From contig JBQTGV010000044.1 in assembly GCA_052390515.1 (NCBI GenBank), positions 15,619 to 79,618 of the forward strand: a stretch of DNA of 64,000 bases, read 5' to 3'. Made by a program: the position numbers and the translations under genes. The notes under the pieces were generated by a model. The model searched no databases and had not been told where the DNA came from. It was given only the letters and a program-made list of their open reading frames with translations. Position 1 is the stretch's first letter, and each line of letters begins with the position of its first letter. This document shows, piece by piece, positions 42,330-52,706 of this stretch. Source of the stretch: Candidatus Eiseniibacteriota bacterium. GTDB lineage: Bacteria; ARS69.

Positions 42330-44216
42330 ATGCCGAGCCCACGGTCGCTGCTCTGCCTCGCGGCACTGCTCGTGCCCGCCGCGGTTCCGGCCGAGGAGTG
42401 GACCGACACGCGGCCCGCGGATCTCTCGCGCTTCAGCCTGGAATCGGTTTCCTTCGAGGGCGAGTTCGACTTCCCGGAATCCGAGGTTCGCGAGAACGTC
42501 CGCTCGTCCACCTCGGGGCTGCTGCGCTTCCGGCCCGTCGACCTGGAGCGCATCGAGGGCGACGTCATCCGCATCCGCAACCACGTGCGCCGGCTGGGCT
42601 ACTGGAACGTCCAGGTCGACCGCCGGCTGCTCTTCGACGTCGAGCGGCGCCGGACGAAGGTCGTCTTCGTGATCGAGCCCGGGCCGCGCCGCGAGGTGGG
42701 ACGCGTCTCGGTGAGCGGGCACTCCACCTTCTCGGAGGAGGAGATCCTCTCCTGGACGGAACTGGCCCAGGGCGCCCCCTTCGACATCGCGCTGGCCGAC
42801 CGCGCCCGCAACGCCATCGAGAACGCCTACGCGAACCGCGGGTTCTACGAGGTGCGCGTCGTCGCCGACATCCAGCCCGCCGCGAACGAGGAGTCACCGA
42901 TCGTGCACGATCTCGTCTACCGGGTGGAGGAGGGCACCCGTTTCTTCGTGGGCGAGATCCGTCTGGAGGGCAACGAGGTGACCCACGGCTCGATCCTCCG
43001 CCGGGAGCTGACCATCGAGACCGGCGACATCATGAACCGGGACGCGATCGCGGAGAGCCGGGCCCGCCTCTACGGCACCGGATACTTCCAGCGGGTCGAG
43101 TTTGTCGCCGAGGATCCGGATCCCGAGAAGGGAACGGTCGACCTGGTGATCCGCGTGGTCGAGCGCAAGATGCGCTTCGTCGGCGCCGGCCTGGGCTACG
43201 GCACGCGGGATCAGCTGCGCATCTCCACCGAATGGGGGCACCGCAATCTGTGGGGGCGGGGGAAGCGCGCCACGATTCGCGGCATCCTCGCGACGGAGCT
43301 GTTCCCGGTGGATCTGGTCCGCTCCCGAATCGAGGGGCGCTACGTGGAGCCGTGGCTGTTCGGCACCCGCACCCAGGGAACTCTGGAACTGTTCTACGAA
43401 CGCAGCCGCGAGCTCTTCAACTCGGGCGTGGACGAGTACGACCTCAACCTCGTCGGACTGGGGCTGAACGCAAACCGGCGGCTCACGCGCCACACGCGCG
43501 GACGGCTCACTCTGCAGAACGAGTGGGCGGACGTGGACGCGGGCGACATCCCGCCGCCCGACAACGCTGCACCGGACGTGACGCGCTCGGTCTCGTTGAC
43601 CGTGGAGCGGGACCGCCGCGATGACTACTTCGATGCGCACGAGGGCTTCCTGAACCGCGGGTTCGGTCGCGTCTCCGGAGGGATCCTCGGTGGGGACAAC
43701 GACTTCTGGAAGACCTACGTGGAGTCGAGCTGGTTCCGCGGGGCCGGTCCGCTGACGCTCGCCGGGCGCGTCCGCGTCGGTTGGGAGCGGCCCTTCGGGC
43801 GATCCGAGAGCATTCCCGACCGCGAGCGCTTCAAGCTCGGCGGCGCGACGAGCGTGCGCGGCTACAAGGAGCAGGAGATCGGTCCCGGTGACTTCCTGAT
43901 CCTCGCGAACGTCGAGACGCGCATCCCGCTGTTCTGGCTGCTCGACGCCGCGGTCTTCCTGGACGCGGGCAACGCGTGGGACGAGCCTGACGACGTGAGC
44001 CTGGCGGACTTCCGGCCGGCCAGCACCAAGAGCGATCCCACGCTCGCGGCCGAGACCGAGGTACGCTACGGCGTCGGCGCCGGACTCCGGCTGGCGACGC
44101 CGGTCGGGCCGGTCCGACTGGACTGGGGCCGCAAGCTGAAGATCCTGCCGGTGCCGCCGGACGCACCCGAAGAGGAGAAGTGGCGCCTGCACCTTTCCCT
44201 GGGGCACGTCTTCTGA
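42330..44216 (+). CDS. tamA: Translocation and assembly module outer-membrane protein TamA (Omp85 family, POTRA domains plus beta-barrel)
   Basis: It has a signal peptide, POTRA-like segments and a C-terminal surface-antigen (D15) barrel. Its size (628 aa) and its position immediately upstream of a TamB/DUF490 gene support the call. Confidence 0.75.
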   Translation: MPSPRSLLCLAALLVPAAVPAEEWTDTRPADLSRFSLESVSFEGEFDFPESEVRENVRSSTSGLLRFRPVDLERIEGDVIRIRNHVRRLGYWNVQVDRRLLFDVERRRTKVVFVIEPGPRREVGRVSVSGHSTFSEEEILSWTELAQGAPFDIALADRARNAIENAYANRGFYEVRVVADIQPAANEESPIVHDLVYRVEEGTRFFVGEIRLEGNEVTHGSILRRELTIETGDIMNRDAIAESRARLYGTGYFQRVEFVAEDPDPEKGTVDLVIRVVERKMRFVGAGLGYGTRDQLRISTEWGHRNLWGRGKRATIRGILATELFPVDLVRSRIEGRYVEPWLFGTRTQGTLELFYERSRELFNSGVDEYDLNLVGLGLNANRRLTRHTRGRLTLQNEWADVDAGDIPPPDNAAPDVTRSVSLTVERDRRDDYFDAHEGFLNRGFGRVSGGILGGDNDFWKTYVESSWFRGAGPLTLAGRVRVGWERPFGRSESIPDRERFKLGGATSVRGYKEQEIGPGDFLILANVETRIPLFWLLDAAVFLDAGNAWDEPDDVSLADFRPASTKSDPTLAAETEVRYGVGAGLRLATPVGPVRLDWGRKLKILPVPPDAPEEEKWRLHLSLGHVF

Positions 44217-47200
44217 TGACTGTCAGGCATGGGCTCCGGCTGGCCTCCGTGTTCCTCGGTCTCGGCGTCGCCGCGCTGGTGTTCGCGGCGGTGGTCGTGC
44301 TGGAGACCGGAGTGCTCACGGACCGGATCATCGCCCGCGTCAACCAGCGCCTCGAGCCGGCCGCGGACCTCACGCTCACCACCTCGGCGATCTACTTCCG
44401 GCCGTGGCGCGGTCTCGCTCTGAAGGATGTGCGTGTCGCGCGCGTGTCCCGGACCGACGCGGTCGATGGGCCCGGGGCCGCCGACTACGTGCTCTCCGTC
44501 GGCGACGCTTCCGTGGGGTACCACTTCCTCGGGCTCCTCGGCAGCCGGCCGAACCTCGACCAGCTTCGCCTCAGCCGGCCGGACCTCGACATCGGCGAGC
44601 TGACGCGCTGGCGCGAGGGACGTCTGGCGGCTCAGGAACCGGCCCCCGCGCAGCCCGCGGCCTCGACCGGCGGCGGCGTGCGAATCGGCGACCTGCGCAT
44701 CGACGAGGGGATGATCCGCGACGACCGGATCGCGCTCGTGCAGGGAATCGACGTACACGCGTCGCTGGAGCGGACCAACGGCTCGTGGGCCCTGGACCTG
44801 ACCTCGGCCGAGGCGAAGGTGACGGTCGGGCGATTCGACGAGCCGCTGGAAATGACCGGCGAAGCGACGCTCACCGGCGGCACCACGCGGGTGGACGAGC
44901 TGCACCTCGGGGTAGCCGGCGGCCGCGTGACGCTGCGGGGGGAGATCGGCGCGCAGAGCAGCCTCCTCGCGAGCGGCTTCGCCATTCCGCTGGAGAGGAT
45001 CGGCGCCTGGCTCGGAGTCGAGCATCCCGCGCTCGCGGGAGCGCTGGAGTTCCGGCTGCTCGCCACGGGCCGCACTGACTCGCTGCGCGTGGAGGGAGGG
45101 CTCCGCGGTCTCGCTCCGGACGGAACCGACCGGGAGATCCGCCTCGCCGCGACACGCGTCGGCGACGACGTGACCGTGGAGACGCTCCAGGCCAGGACGG
45201 GAACCTCCACGGTGGAGGTGGCCGGGCGGTGCACGATGACGTCGCCGCCGCGCCTCGAGGGGGTGGCCGCCTTCAGAGACCTCGACCCGGCGGCACTCCT
45301 CGGCGATCCCGATCTGGCGCGGGTGACGGGGCTCACCGGCGCCGTCCGCTTCGAGGGCACCGGCACGACGCGGAGCACGTTCGACGGTTCGCTCCATCTC
45401 GACGTCCGGGCGGCGCGGGTCTTCGGCCTCGTCCTCGACGCCGCCACGCTGCACGCCACCCTGCGCGACGGAGGCGTCACGCTGGAGCAGGCGCGGCTCG
45501 CGCGCGGCGAGTCCTCGGTCAGCGGGGTCGCCTCGATCACCGCCGACAACCACGTGGCCGCGGAGTTCACCGGCACGATCGCGGACCTGAGTCACCTCGG
45601 CGCGGTCGCCGGCGGCAGCGCCCTCGAAGGACACGCCACGGCGGAGGTCTCCGTGGACGGGCCGCTCGCCGGACCGTCGCTCGAGGCTGTGCTGCACTTC
45701 GAGGACGCGCGCGTGCTCGGTGCGAGCGCGCGCAAGCTCTACCTCACGCTCGCCTCCGAAGGGCTCAGTGAGGGAGGCGAGATCGCCTTCGACGTGCTCG
45801 GACACGACGTGGGCTACGGCAGCCGCCAGGTCCCGCTGGCCGTCGCGGCGGGCACGTGGGGCGGCGGCACGCTCACCATCCGGGACCTCGAGCTGCGCAG
45901 CGCGCGCGGCGCGCAGCTTCGCCTGCGCGGCGACCTCCTCGTGGGCGAAGGCGGCGACCTCTCCGGCGAAGTCACCCGCCTCGAGGTCGATGAACCGAAC
46001 GGAAGCGCGCGCTGGACGAACACGGGTCCCGTCCGGGTGGTTCGGAGCGCGGAGACGCTGACCGTGTCCGGCCTCGATCTGAACAGCCGGTCGGGGACCA
46101 TTCGGGGGGACGTCGCGGTGGCGGCCGGCAGAACGACCGTGCACGCGGTGGGTCGGAACGTGGACCTCTCCGTGTTCTCGCCGTTCCTGCCCGTGTCGGA
46201 GGAGCTGGAGGGAACACTCGAGTTCGGCGCGGACGCGGTCATCAGCGCCGACACGCTGGCCATCGACGTGAACGTCGAGCTGGCCGGCGGACGCTTCGGC
46301 GAGGACGTGCTGGAGGACGCGCACGGGCGGTTCCAAGTCCGCGACGATCGCATCGTCTTCGAGGACGTGTCCCTGCGCTCGACCTTCGCCACCGCGGACG
46401 TCGACGGCGAGGCGCGGCTCGTGGACGGTTCCTTCCGCGAGGCGCTGGCGGACTCGGCGGGAAGGCGTGGGGCGGCGAGCAAGCTCGAGTTCCGGGACAT
46501 GCGCGTCACGTTCCACACGCCGGACGCGGACCGCATGAAGCAGGTGTTCCCCTGGTTTCCCTCTCCGGGCGGGAGAGTGAGCCTCGACGCCGACGTGGCA
46601 GGTCGTTCGCCTTCGCCGTCGCTGGCGCTCACGCTCGGGATTGCCGCCGGCCGTGTCGGCGACGCGACGCTCGATTCGCTCTCCGCCGTGGGGACGTACG
46701 ACGGTTCCATGCTCTCGGTGAAGTCCGCGCGGCTCGCATCCCAGGGCGGGGTGCTCGAGGCGCAGGGCACGGTCCCGGTGACGTGGAGCATCCTCGAGCC
46801 CAAGCCTCGGCTCGCCCCCGGCGGCGAGGTCGACGTGCGCTTCGAGGCGGCCGCGCTGCCCGCCCGCGCGCTCACCGTGCTCACGTCGATCTTCGAGATG
46901 GGCGAAGGTCCGGTGTGGTCCTCGGGTCGTCTGGTCGGCGTGGTGGACTCCCTGCTGTGGCTGGAGGGCGAGTTCCGAACCGAGGGCTCGCGGATCACCA
47001 TCCCGGAGTTCGAGGATCCGCTCGTCGACGGCGTGGTCACCGGCACCTACGACCGCGAAGGCATTCGGTTCGACGGCATCCGTTTCTCCGACGGGCAGGG
47101 CGGGACGGTGACCGGTGGCGGCGTCGTCCGCCTGCCGAACCTCGAGTTCGCCGGCATGGACATCCGGCTGGACGGACGGGACTTCCACTACCGCAGCGCG

Positions 47201-48226
47201 CGCGGCGTGTCCGGGACCGGCGACGGATTCGTCCGCATCACCGAGAAGGCGCGCTCGGACGGGAAGCTCGTCGGGCTCTTCGCCGGCAAGTTCGACGTCG
47301 AGCGGGCCGATCTCGACGAGCGCATTTTCCTGCAGGCCGAGGCGGCCGCAGCGGCCGTTCCGGACATGCCCGCGGGCGTGCAGCTTCCAGAGGAGGCCAA
47401 GGAGGCTCCCGGAGAGGCGCCTTCGCTCGAGGAGACGCCGCCGGCTCCGCTCTTCCTGGAGATGCGCTTCCTGGGGAAGAAGAACGTGTGGTTGAAGACC
47501 GAGGAGATGGAGGTGGAGCTCGCCGGCGACGCGACGTTCCACATCAACGAGGAGTACGTCGGCCTCTCCGGCGAGACGCACACGCTGCGCGGCCGGTACG
47601 CGGTGCTGAACACCGACTTCGACGTGGAGCGCGCGGAGGTGAGCTTCGTGGATCCCTCCGACGTGCTGGCCAGCGTGATCGACGCGCAGGCCTCGTGCCG
47701 AGTGCTCGACGAGAACGTCACGTTCGAGGTCAGCGGGACCATCGGCACGCCGATCGTCGTGGGGCGAACGGAGAGCGGCATGTCCGAGGCGGAGATCTAC
47801 GAGCTCCTGGCCCTCCGGCAGAAGAGAGACCCGGACACCGAGGAGGACAGCGCGACGGGTGTGGTGAGCGGCGCGTTCCTGGAGTCCTGGGGCGCGCTGA
47901 TCGCCACGCGCTTCGGCCGGGGAATCGGGCGAGAGCTCGGGATCGACACGTTCGACGTGGAGACGGTGGAGCGGGAAGGAGGCTCCCAGAGCGTCGTCGG
48001 CGTGGGCAAGTACATCGGCTCCGACGTGTTCGTCCGCTACCGCGAGCGGATCGGAGGTTCGGATCTGGCGGACCAGACGTCGACGATCGAGAGCCTGGAG
48101 ACGCCCGAGCGCCAGCTCCTGCTGGAGTACCGCCTCTCCGAGATCCTGCAGCTCCAGGGCGAGACGGGGGTCATCCTCGACGATCCGTACGTGAACGTGG
48201 ATCTCAAAGCGGAGTGGGGCTATTGA
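44216..48226 (+). CDS. tamB: Translocation and assembly module protein TamB (DUF490 C-terminal domain)
   Basis: It has an N-terminal signal-anchor, a long beta-rich repetitive body and a C-terminal DUF490-like region (LEMRFLGKKNVWLKTEEMEVELAGDATFHI...). Its ATG overlaps the tamA stop. Confidence 0.75.
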   Translation: MTVRHGLRLASVFLGLGVAALVFAAVVVLETGVLTDRIIARVNQRLEPAADLTLTTSAIYFRPWRGLALKDVRVARVSRTDAVDGPGAADYVLSVGDASVGYHFLGLLGSRPNLDQLRLSRPDLDIGELTRWREGRLAAQEPAPAQPAASTGGGVRIGDLRIDEGMIRDDRIALVQGIDVHASLERTNGSWALDLTSAEAKVTVGRFDEPLEMTGEATLTGGTTRVDELHLGVAGGRVTLRGEIGAQSSLLASGFAIPLERIGAWLGVEHPALAGALEFRLLATGRTDSLRVEGGLRGLAPDGTDREIRLAATRVGDDVTVETLQARTGTSTVEVAGRCTMTSPPRLEGVAAFRDLDPAALLGDPDLARVTGLTGAVRFEGTGTTRSTFDGSLHLDVRAARVFGLVLDAATLHATLRDGGVTLEQARLARGESSVSGVASITADNHVAAEFTGTIADLSHLGAVAGGSALEGHATAEVSVDGPLAGPSLEAVLHFEDARVLGASARKLYLTLASEGLSEGGEIAFDVLGHDVGYGSRQVPLAVAAGTWGGGTLTIRDLELRSARGAQLRLRGDLLVGEGGDLSGEVTRLEVDEPNGSARWTNTGPVRVVRSAETLTVSGLDLNSRSGTIRGDVAVAAGRTTVHAVGRNVDLSVFSPFLPVSEELEGTLEFGADAVISADTLAIDVNVELAGGRFGEDVLEDAHGRFQVRDDRIVFEDVSLRSTFATADVDGEARLVDGSFREALADSAGRRGAASKLEFRDMRVTFHTPDADRMKQVFPWFPSPGGRVSLDADVAGRSPSPSLALTLGIAAGRVGDATLDSLSAVGTYDGSMLSVKSARLASQGGVLEAQGTVPVTWSILEPKPRLAPGGEVDVRFEAAALPARALTVLTSIFEMGEGPVWSSGRLVGVVDSLLWLEGEFRTEGSRITIPEFEDPLVDGVVTGTYDREGIRFDGIRFSDGQGGTVTGGGVVRLPNLEFAGMDIRLDGRDFHYRSARGVSGTGDGFVRITEKARSDGKLVGLFAGKFDVERADLDERIFLQAEAAAAAVPDMPAGVQLPEEAKEAPGEAPSLEETPPAPLFLEMRFLGKKNVWLKTEEMEVELAGDATFHINEEYVGLSGETHTLRGRYAVLNTDFDVERAEVSFVDPSDVLASVIDAQASCRVLDENVTFEVSGTIGTPIVVGRTESGMSEAEIYELLALRQKRDPDTEEDSATGVVSGAFLESWGALIATRFGRGIGRELGIDTFDVETVEREGGSQSVVGVGKYIGSDVFVRYRERIGGSDLADQTSTIESLETPERQLLLEYRLSEILQLQGETGVILDDPYVNVDLKAEWGY

Positions 48227-48397
48227 GCCGCCTCGCGAGGCCGGAGCGCAACGAGTACGCCGAGTACTACGCCCGCTACATCGATCGCGTTCCCGACGAC
48301 CCGATCCTCGACGCGCTGGCGCGGCAGCTGGAGGAGTCCCTGCGGCTGCTGGCCGGCGTCGAAAGACACCACGTGTCCGCTCTCCGCGAGAAGTATC

Positions 48398-49444
48398 TCA
48401 CCTCCTCACGGTGATCTTCGCCGTCGAGGTCTCCCCGCCGGACCGCACCCGCGCGAAGTAGATTCCTGCGGGCAGCCCGCCGGCTCTCCACGCCACGTGT
48501 TCGGTTCCGCCGGTCGCCGCCGCATCGTGGACCCCGCCGACGAGCCGGCCGCGTACGTCGAAGAGCTGGACGAGAGCTCTCTGGCCGGCCGGCGCACGGA
48601 AGGAGATGACCGTGTCGTCGCGGGATGGGTTGGGGAAAGCGCTCACCGCCAGCGGGGACGGCCGCTCAGCGGCGAGCGGCGCAGAGGTCGGATCCTGCGT
48701 GTAGATTGCCAGCTCGACGTGCCCGACGCTGCCCATGTGGAACGTCGCCGGAGCGGTCATGCAGCCGAGGATGCAGACGGTCTGCATGACTATGCCCTGG
48801 GCGCGAAACCAATACGTCGCCGCGAGCGAGTACCTCTCGGAGCCGACCAGGATCTCCGTCGTGGTGAAGCCGCTGCGGACGAGGACGTCGTCCACCGGGA
48901 GGGAAGCCACGCCGCCGTAGTTCACGGTCAGCGTGCTGTCGCAGAAGGTCGGGATGGAGGAGCCGTTCACCGGCTGCAGCGACCCCGGCGCGCCCCCGAG
49001 CCGCGAGGCGTCGAGGATCCCGTCACGGTCCATACGGAGGTGGTACTGGGTGTTCGTGTTCCCACGGACGTACACCTCCACGGCCAGCTCGTTGAAGGTC
49101 TCGTGCCAGACGCCGGTCCGCGCCTGGATGTCCATGGTCGAGGTCAGGTCCGCGGTGAAGAGCCCGCCGTCGGCGAGGAACGTGGACGAGGTCGTCGCGC
49201 TCCCGTGGACCGTGCTGGTGTCGTGCGAGGCGGAGAAGGCCAGGGACGTGCCCTCGAGATCCTGGGCTTCCCACGTCACGACGTCGGTCGCGAACACGTA
49301 CCACTTGAAGCGCTGATCGACGTGGACCTTGTAGTACACGTCGCCGGGAGCGGCGGTCTGCGCCGAGGCGCTCCGGGCACCGAACAGCGACAGCCCGAGC
49401 GCCAGGCCGAGCCACAGCCACGAAACAAGGCGACGCGTCATCTT
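48398..49444 (-). CDS. Secreted hypothetical protein with a C-terminal T9SS/FlgD-Ig-type domain
   Basis: The signal peptide is WLWLGLALGLSLFGARSASAQ. The C-terminus is 'AFPNPSRDDTVISFRA...VQLFDVRGRLV...GIYFARV'. Confidence 0.55.
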   Translation of the reverse strand, partial: KMTRRLVSWLWLGLALGLSLFGARSASAQTAAPGDVYYKVHVDQRFKWYVFATDVVTWEAQDLEGTSLAFSASHDTSTVHGSATTSSTFLADGGLFTADLTSTMDIQARTGVWHETFNELAVEVYVRGNTNTQYHLRMDRDGILDASRLGGAPGSLQPVNGSSIPTFCDSTLTVNYGGVASLPVDDVLVRSGFTTTEILVGSERYSLAATYWFRAQGIVMQTVCILGCMTAPATFHMGSVGHVELAIYTQDPTSAPLAAERPSPLAVSAFPNPSRDDTVISFRAPAGQRALVQLFDVRGRLVGGVHDAAATGGTEHVAWRAGGLPAGIYFARVRSGGETSTAKITVRR

Positions 49445-49711
49445 CTCACTCCGGTGGGTTCGGCTCGCCCGTGCGCCGCGGCCGACCTGCCCCGGACTCT
49501 CCGAGGGGCGACGCGAAGCCGGCGAGTGATCCACCGATAGAGGCGACAACGGCCGGCCGAGTTGGACATCGACCGCCGGCAGGTCTCCGGCGCCGGTGGG
49601 TCGGATCGGCGGGGCCGGTCCGGAAGTGCCAGCCCCGCGTCCCCCCGGTCAATCCTGGCCCGGTTCCAGCCGATCCTCCCGAAGATCCCCCCACCGGCCG
49701 GGAGTCCGCTC

Positions 49712-52642
49712 GTGTCACAGACCCCTTCGCTCCGGCTGCTGGCGGGGCTCGGCTTGCTCCTCGGCCCGCTGCTGGCCGACGCCCACGGGTTCGGCCGGAA
49801 CAAGGTCCAGTACGACACCTTCGACTGGCGGGTCCTCGAGACCGAGCATCTGGAGATCCATTACTATCCGGAGGAGGAGGCGCTCGCCCGGCGTGCGGCC
49901 GACTACGGCGAGGACGCCTGCCGCAAGCTCGACGCGGCCCTCGGCCACAAGCTCTCCAAGAAGATCCCGCTGATCGTCTACGGTTCGCACTACCACTTCC
50001 GCCAGAACAACGTGACCCGCTCGCTCGTGGGCGAGAGTACGGGCGGCTTCACCGAGATCTTCCGCACGCGCGTGGCGCTTCCCTACGCCGGATCGGAATC
50101 CGAGTTCCGCCACGTAGTACACCACGAGCTGGTACACGCCTACGTCTTCGACCGGCTCTACGGTGGCCCGATCCGTTCGCTCTTCGTCCTGCAATACGCG
50201 TTCTACGTGCCGCTGTGGTTCCAGGAGGGGATCGCCGAGTACTACTCGAACTGCTGGGACTCCGAGTCGGAGATGATGCTGAGAGACGCGGCGATCTCGG
50301 GGGCACTTCCCCCGTTCGACCAGGTGCACGGCGGCTACTTCGTCTACAAGGCGGGATGGTCGGCCGTCGGCTGGCTCGCCGACCGGCACGGCGACGACGT
50401 GGTCCGGCGCATTCTGGAGTCGCTCGAGGAGAACCGCGATCTGCGCGCGGCGATCCGCGAAGTCACCGGAGAAGAGCCGACGAAGCTCGCGCAGGAGTGG
50501 CTGCTCGACGTGCGCCGCCACGCTTGGCCGAGCTTCGCGCACCTCGATTCGCCGGAGCGCGCCGGCCGCCTGCTGACCAGCCACGTCGGAGGCGACGGCG
50601 CGTTGAACGCGAACGCCGTGCTTTCGCCCTCGGGCAAACGCGCCGCGTTCCTCTCGAACCGCAGCGGGACGCCGGACCTCTGGGTGATGGACGTGGATTC
50701 CCCCGCGGAGCCTCGCGTCCTGGTGCGTGGAGCGCGCGGCGGGAAGTTCGAATCGCTGCACCCGCTGCGCAGCTCGGTCGGGTGGTCTCCCGACGAGCGC
50801 CTCCTGGTTTGCGCTGCACAGAAAGGCGCGCGCGACGCGCTCTACGTACTCGACGCTGGCACGGGCCGGACGGTCGCCGAGTTCGTGCCGGATCTGGACG
50901 CGCTGGAGAGGCCGGACTGGTCGTCGGCCGACGCGCGCTTCGTCTTCACCGGCATGAAAAGCGGCCAGGTCGACCTGTGGACCATGGAAGCGGACGGCAC
51001 CCGCCTCGCGCGGCTCACCGACGATCTCGCGCGGGAGGAGGCGCCGCGGTTCAGCCCGGACGGACGTCGCGTCGTGTACGCCTCCGACGCGGCGGACTCG
51101 ACCGGCCTGGACCTGTGGATCCTGGACCTCGCGCGCGGCGAAGCCCGCCCGCTGCGCGTCGCCGAGGGCGATCAGTGGGATCCGTGCTGGAGCGCCGACG
51201 GCACGCGGATCTTCCACGTCAGCGACGAGAACGGAACGCGGGATCTCGTCTCCTGCTCGATCGAAGGCGACGACGTCCGCCGCCTGACCGCGCTGGTCGG
51301 CGGCGCGGACTCGCCCACCGCCGCTCGGGAGAGCGGCCGCCTCGTGTTCACGGCGTACCACGAGGGGGGATGGGATCTCGTGCTGGTGGAGGACGCCGAC
51401 ACGCTCCGGGCGGAGGACGCGCCGGCGGTGGAGCTTCCCGAGATTCCCTGGGCCGGCCACACGGTCAGGGACTCCGTGGCTGTAGCATCGGTGCCGGCGG
51501 ATTCGCTCGGGGTCGTGGCGGCCCAGCCGGCAGAGGCGGAGTCGCTCGCTGTCGTGGCGGCGGGGGAAGCCGAGGCCGAGTCGAGGGGCGTCGCGCCGCC
51601 CACCGAGGCTCCGTACCGCCTGCGCTTCCGCAGCGAGTGGATCACCGGCGCCTTCCTCTACGACGGATTCGGGCCGAGCGCACAGGTCGCGTCGTCGATC
51701 AGCGACGTGCTCGGGAACCACCGCTTCCAGATCGGGGCGAACCTGTTCCGCTCCATGGCGAACGCCGACGCGTTCCTGACCTACTCGTATCTGCCCGGGC
51801 GCCTCGACTGGACCGTGGGGATGTTCCACCTCCGCGACCAGATCCTCGATGACCGCACCTCCCTCGGGCAGCCCCTGGGGGAGGAGGGTGACGAAGCATT
51901 CTTCTCCGAGCGAAGGTGGGGGCTGCTCGCCAACGCCTCGTATCCCTTCCACACGTTCCGCCGGGTCGGGCTCGAGGTGACCGCCCTGGAGATGGAGCGC
52001 GAGGTGTCCGCTGCCGACGCCTCCGCATCGGTGCGCAACTTCCGCGGGCGGGTCGTCATCCCGCGCCTGCATCACTCGTTCGACAACACGCTCTGGGGCT
52101 GGACGGGTCCGGTGCAGGGCCGGCGCTCGCTGCTCTCCGTCGAGCACTCCGTGCCGGTCGGGGGCGAGCCCCTCTCGTTCGGCACGGTGATCGCGGACGC
52201 GCGCTGGTACGGCCGGTTCGGCGGCGAGTACGTCGCCGCGCTGCGCACCTTCGCGGCATCCTCGTTCGGCGCGGATCCGCAGGAGTTCCAGATCGGCGGC
52301 CCCAGCTCGATCCGCGGCTATCCCCGTCAGGTCTTCCACGGCCGTCACGCGGCGCTCGTGTCGGCCGAGTTCCGCTATCCGTTCCTCGAGTACGTGAAGC
52401 TCGGGTGGCCCTTCCGCTCGGCCTTCGGTGGCGTGCGCGGGGATCTCTTCGTGGACGCCGGCACTGCGGTCGGCGATCCGGCCTCGTTCCACGGCGCCCG
52501 CCGGGATCTGCACGTCGGCTTCGGCGTCGGGGCGAGGGCCCGGCTCGCGTACCTGCCCTTCCGCGTCGACGTCGGATGGCCCACCGACTTCGGCTCCGTG
52601 GGCGAACCGGTGTGGCACGTGACCATCGCGCCGGAGTTCTGA
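49712..52642 (+). CDS. Large outer-membrane multidomain protein: HExxH zinc-metalloprotease-like domain + TolB-like (PD40) beta-propeller + C-terminal Omp85/ShlB-type beta-barrel; start uncertain (GTG 49712 versus ATG 49562)
   Basis: The motif 'VVHHELVHAY' is present. PD40-like repeats are present (SPDGRRVVYASDA...LDLWILDL; WSADGTRIFHVSDENGTRDL). The C-terminus ends '...WHVTIAPEF' with a terminal Phe typical of outer-membrane barrels. A signal peptide is present. Confidence 0.55.
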   Translation: MSQTPSLRLLAGLGLLLGPLLADAHGFGRNKVQYDTFDWRVLETEHLEIHYYPEEEALARRAADYGEDACRKLDAALGHKLSKKIPLIVYGSHYHFRQNNVTRSLVGESTGGFTEIFRTRVALPYAGSESEFRHVVHHELVHAYVFDRLYGGPIRSLFVLQYAFYVPLWFQEGIAEYYSNCWDSESEMMLRDAAISGALPPFDQVHGGYFVYKAGWSAVGWLADRHGDDVVRRILESLEENRDLRAAIREVTGEEPTKLAQEWLLDVRRHAWPSFAHLDSPERAGRLLTSHVGGDGALNANAVLSPSGKRAAFLSNRSGTPDLWVMDVDSPAEPRVLVRGARGGKFESLHPLRSSVGWSPDERLLVCAAQKGARDALYVLDAGTGRTVAEFVPDLDALERPDWSSADARFVFTGMKSGQVDLWTMEADGTRLARLTDDLAREEAPRFSPDGRRVVYASDAADSTGLDLWILDLARGEARPLRVAEGDQWDPCWSADGTRIFHVSDENGTRDLVSCSIEGDDVRRLTALVGGADSPTAARESGRLVFTAYHEGGWDLVLVEDADTLRAEDAPAVELPEIPWAGHTVRDSVAVASVPADSLGVVAAQPAEAESLAVVAAGEAEAESRGVAPPTEAPYRLRFRSEWITGAFLYDGFGPSAQVASSISDVLGNHRFQIGANLFRSMANADAFLTYSYLPGRLDWTVGMFHLRDQILDDRTSLGQPLGEEGDEAFFSERRWGLLANASYPFHTFRRVGLEVTALEMEREVSAADASASVRNFRGRVVIPRLHHSFDNTLWGWTGPVQGRRSLLSVEHSVPVGGEPLSFGTVIADARWYGRFGGEYVAALRTFAASSFGADPQEFQIGGPSSIRGYPRQVFHGRHAALVSAEFRYPFLEYVKLGWPFRSAFGGVRGDLFVDAGTAVGDPASFHGARRDLHVGFGVGARARLAYLPFRVDVGWPTDFGSVGEPVWHVTIAPEF

Positions 52643-52706
52643 GGGCACCGAACACCGCACCGCCGCGACGCGTGCTAGACTCTTCGTCCTCTGCCAAGGA
52701 GAGACG

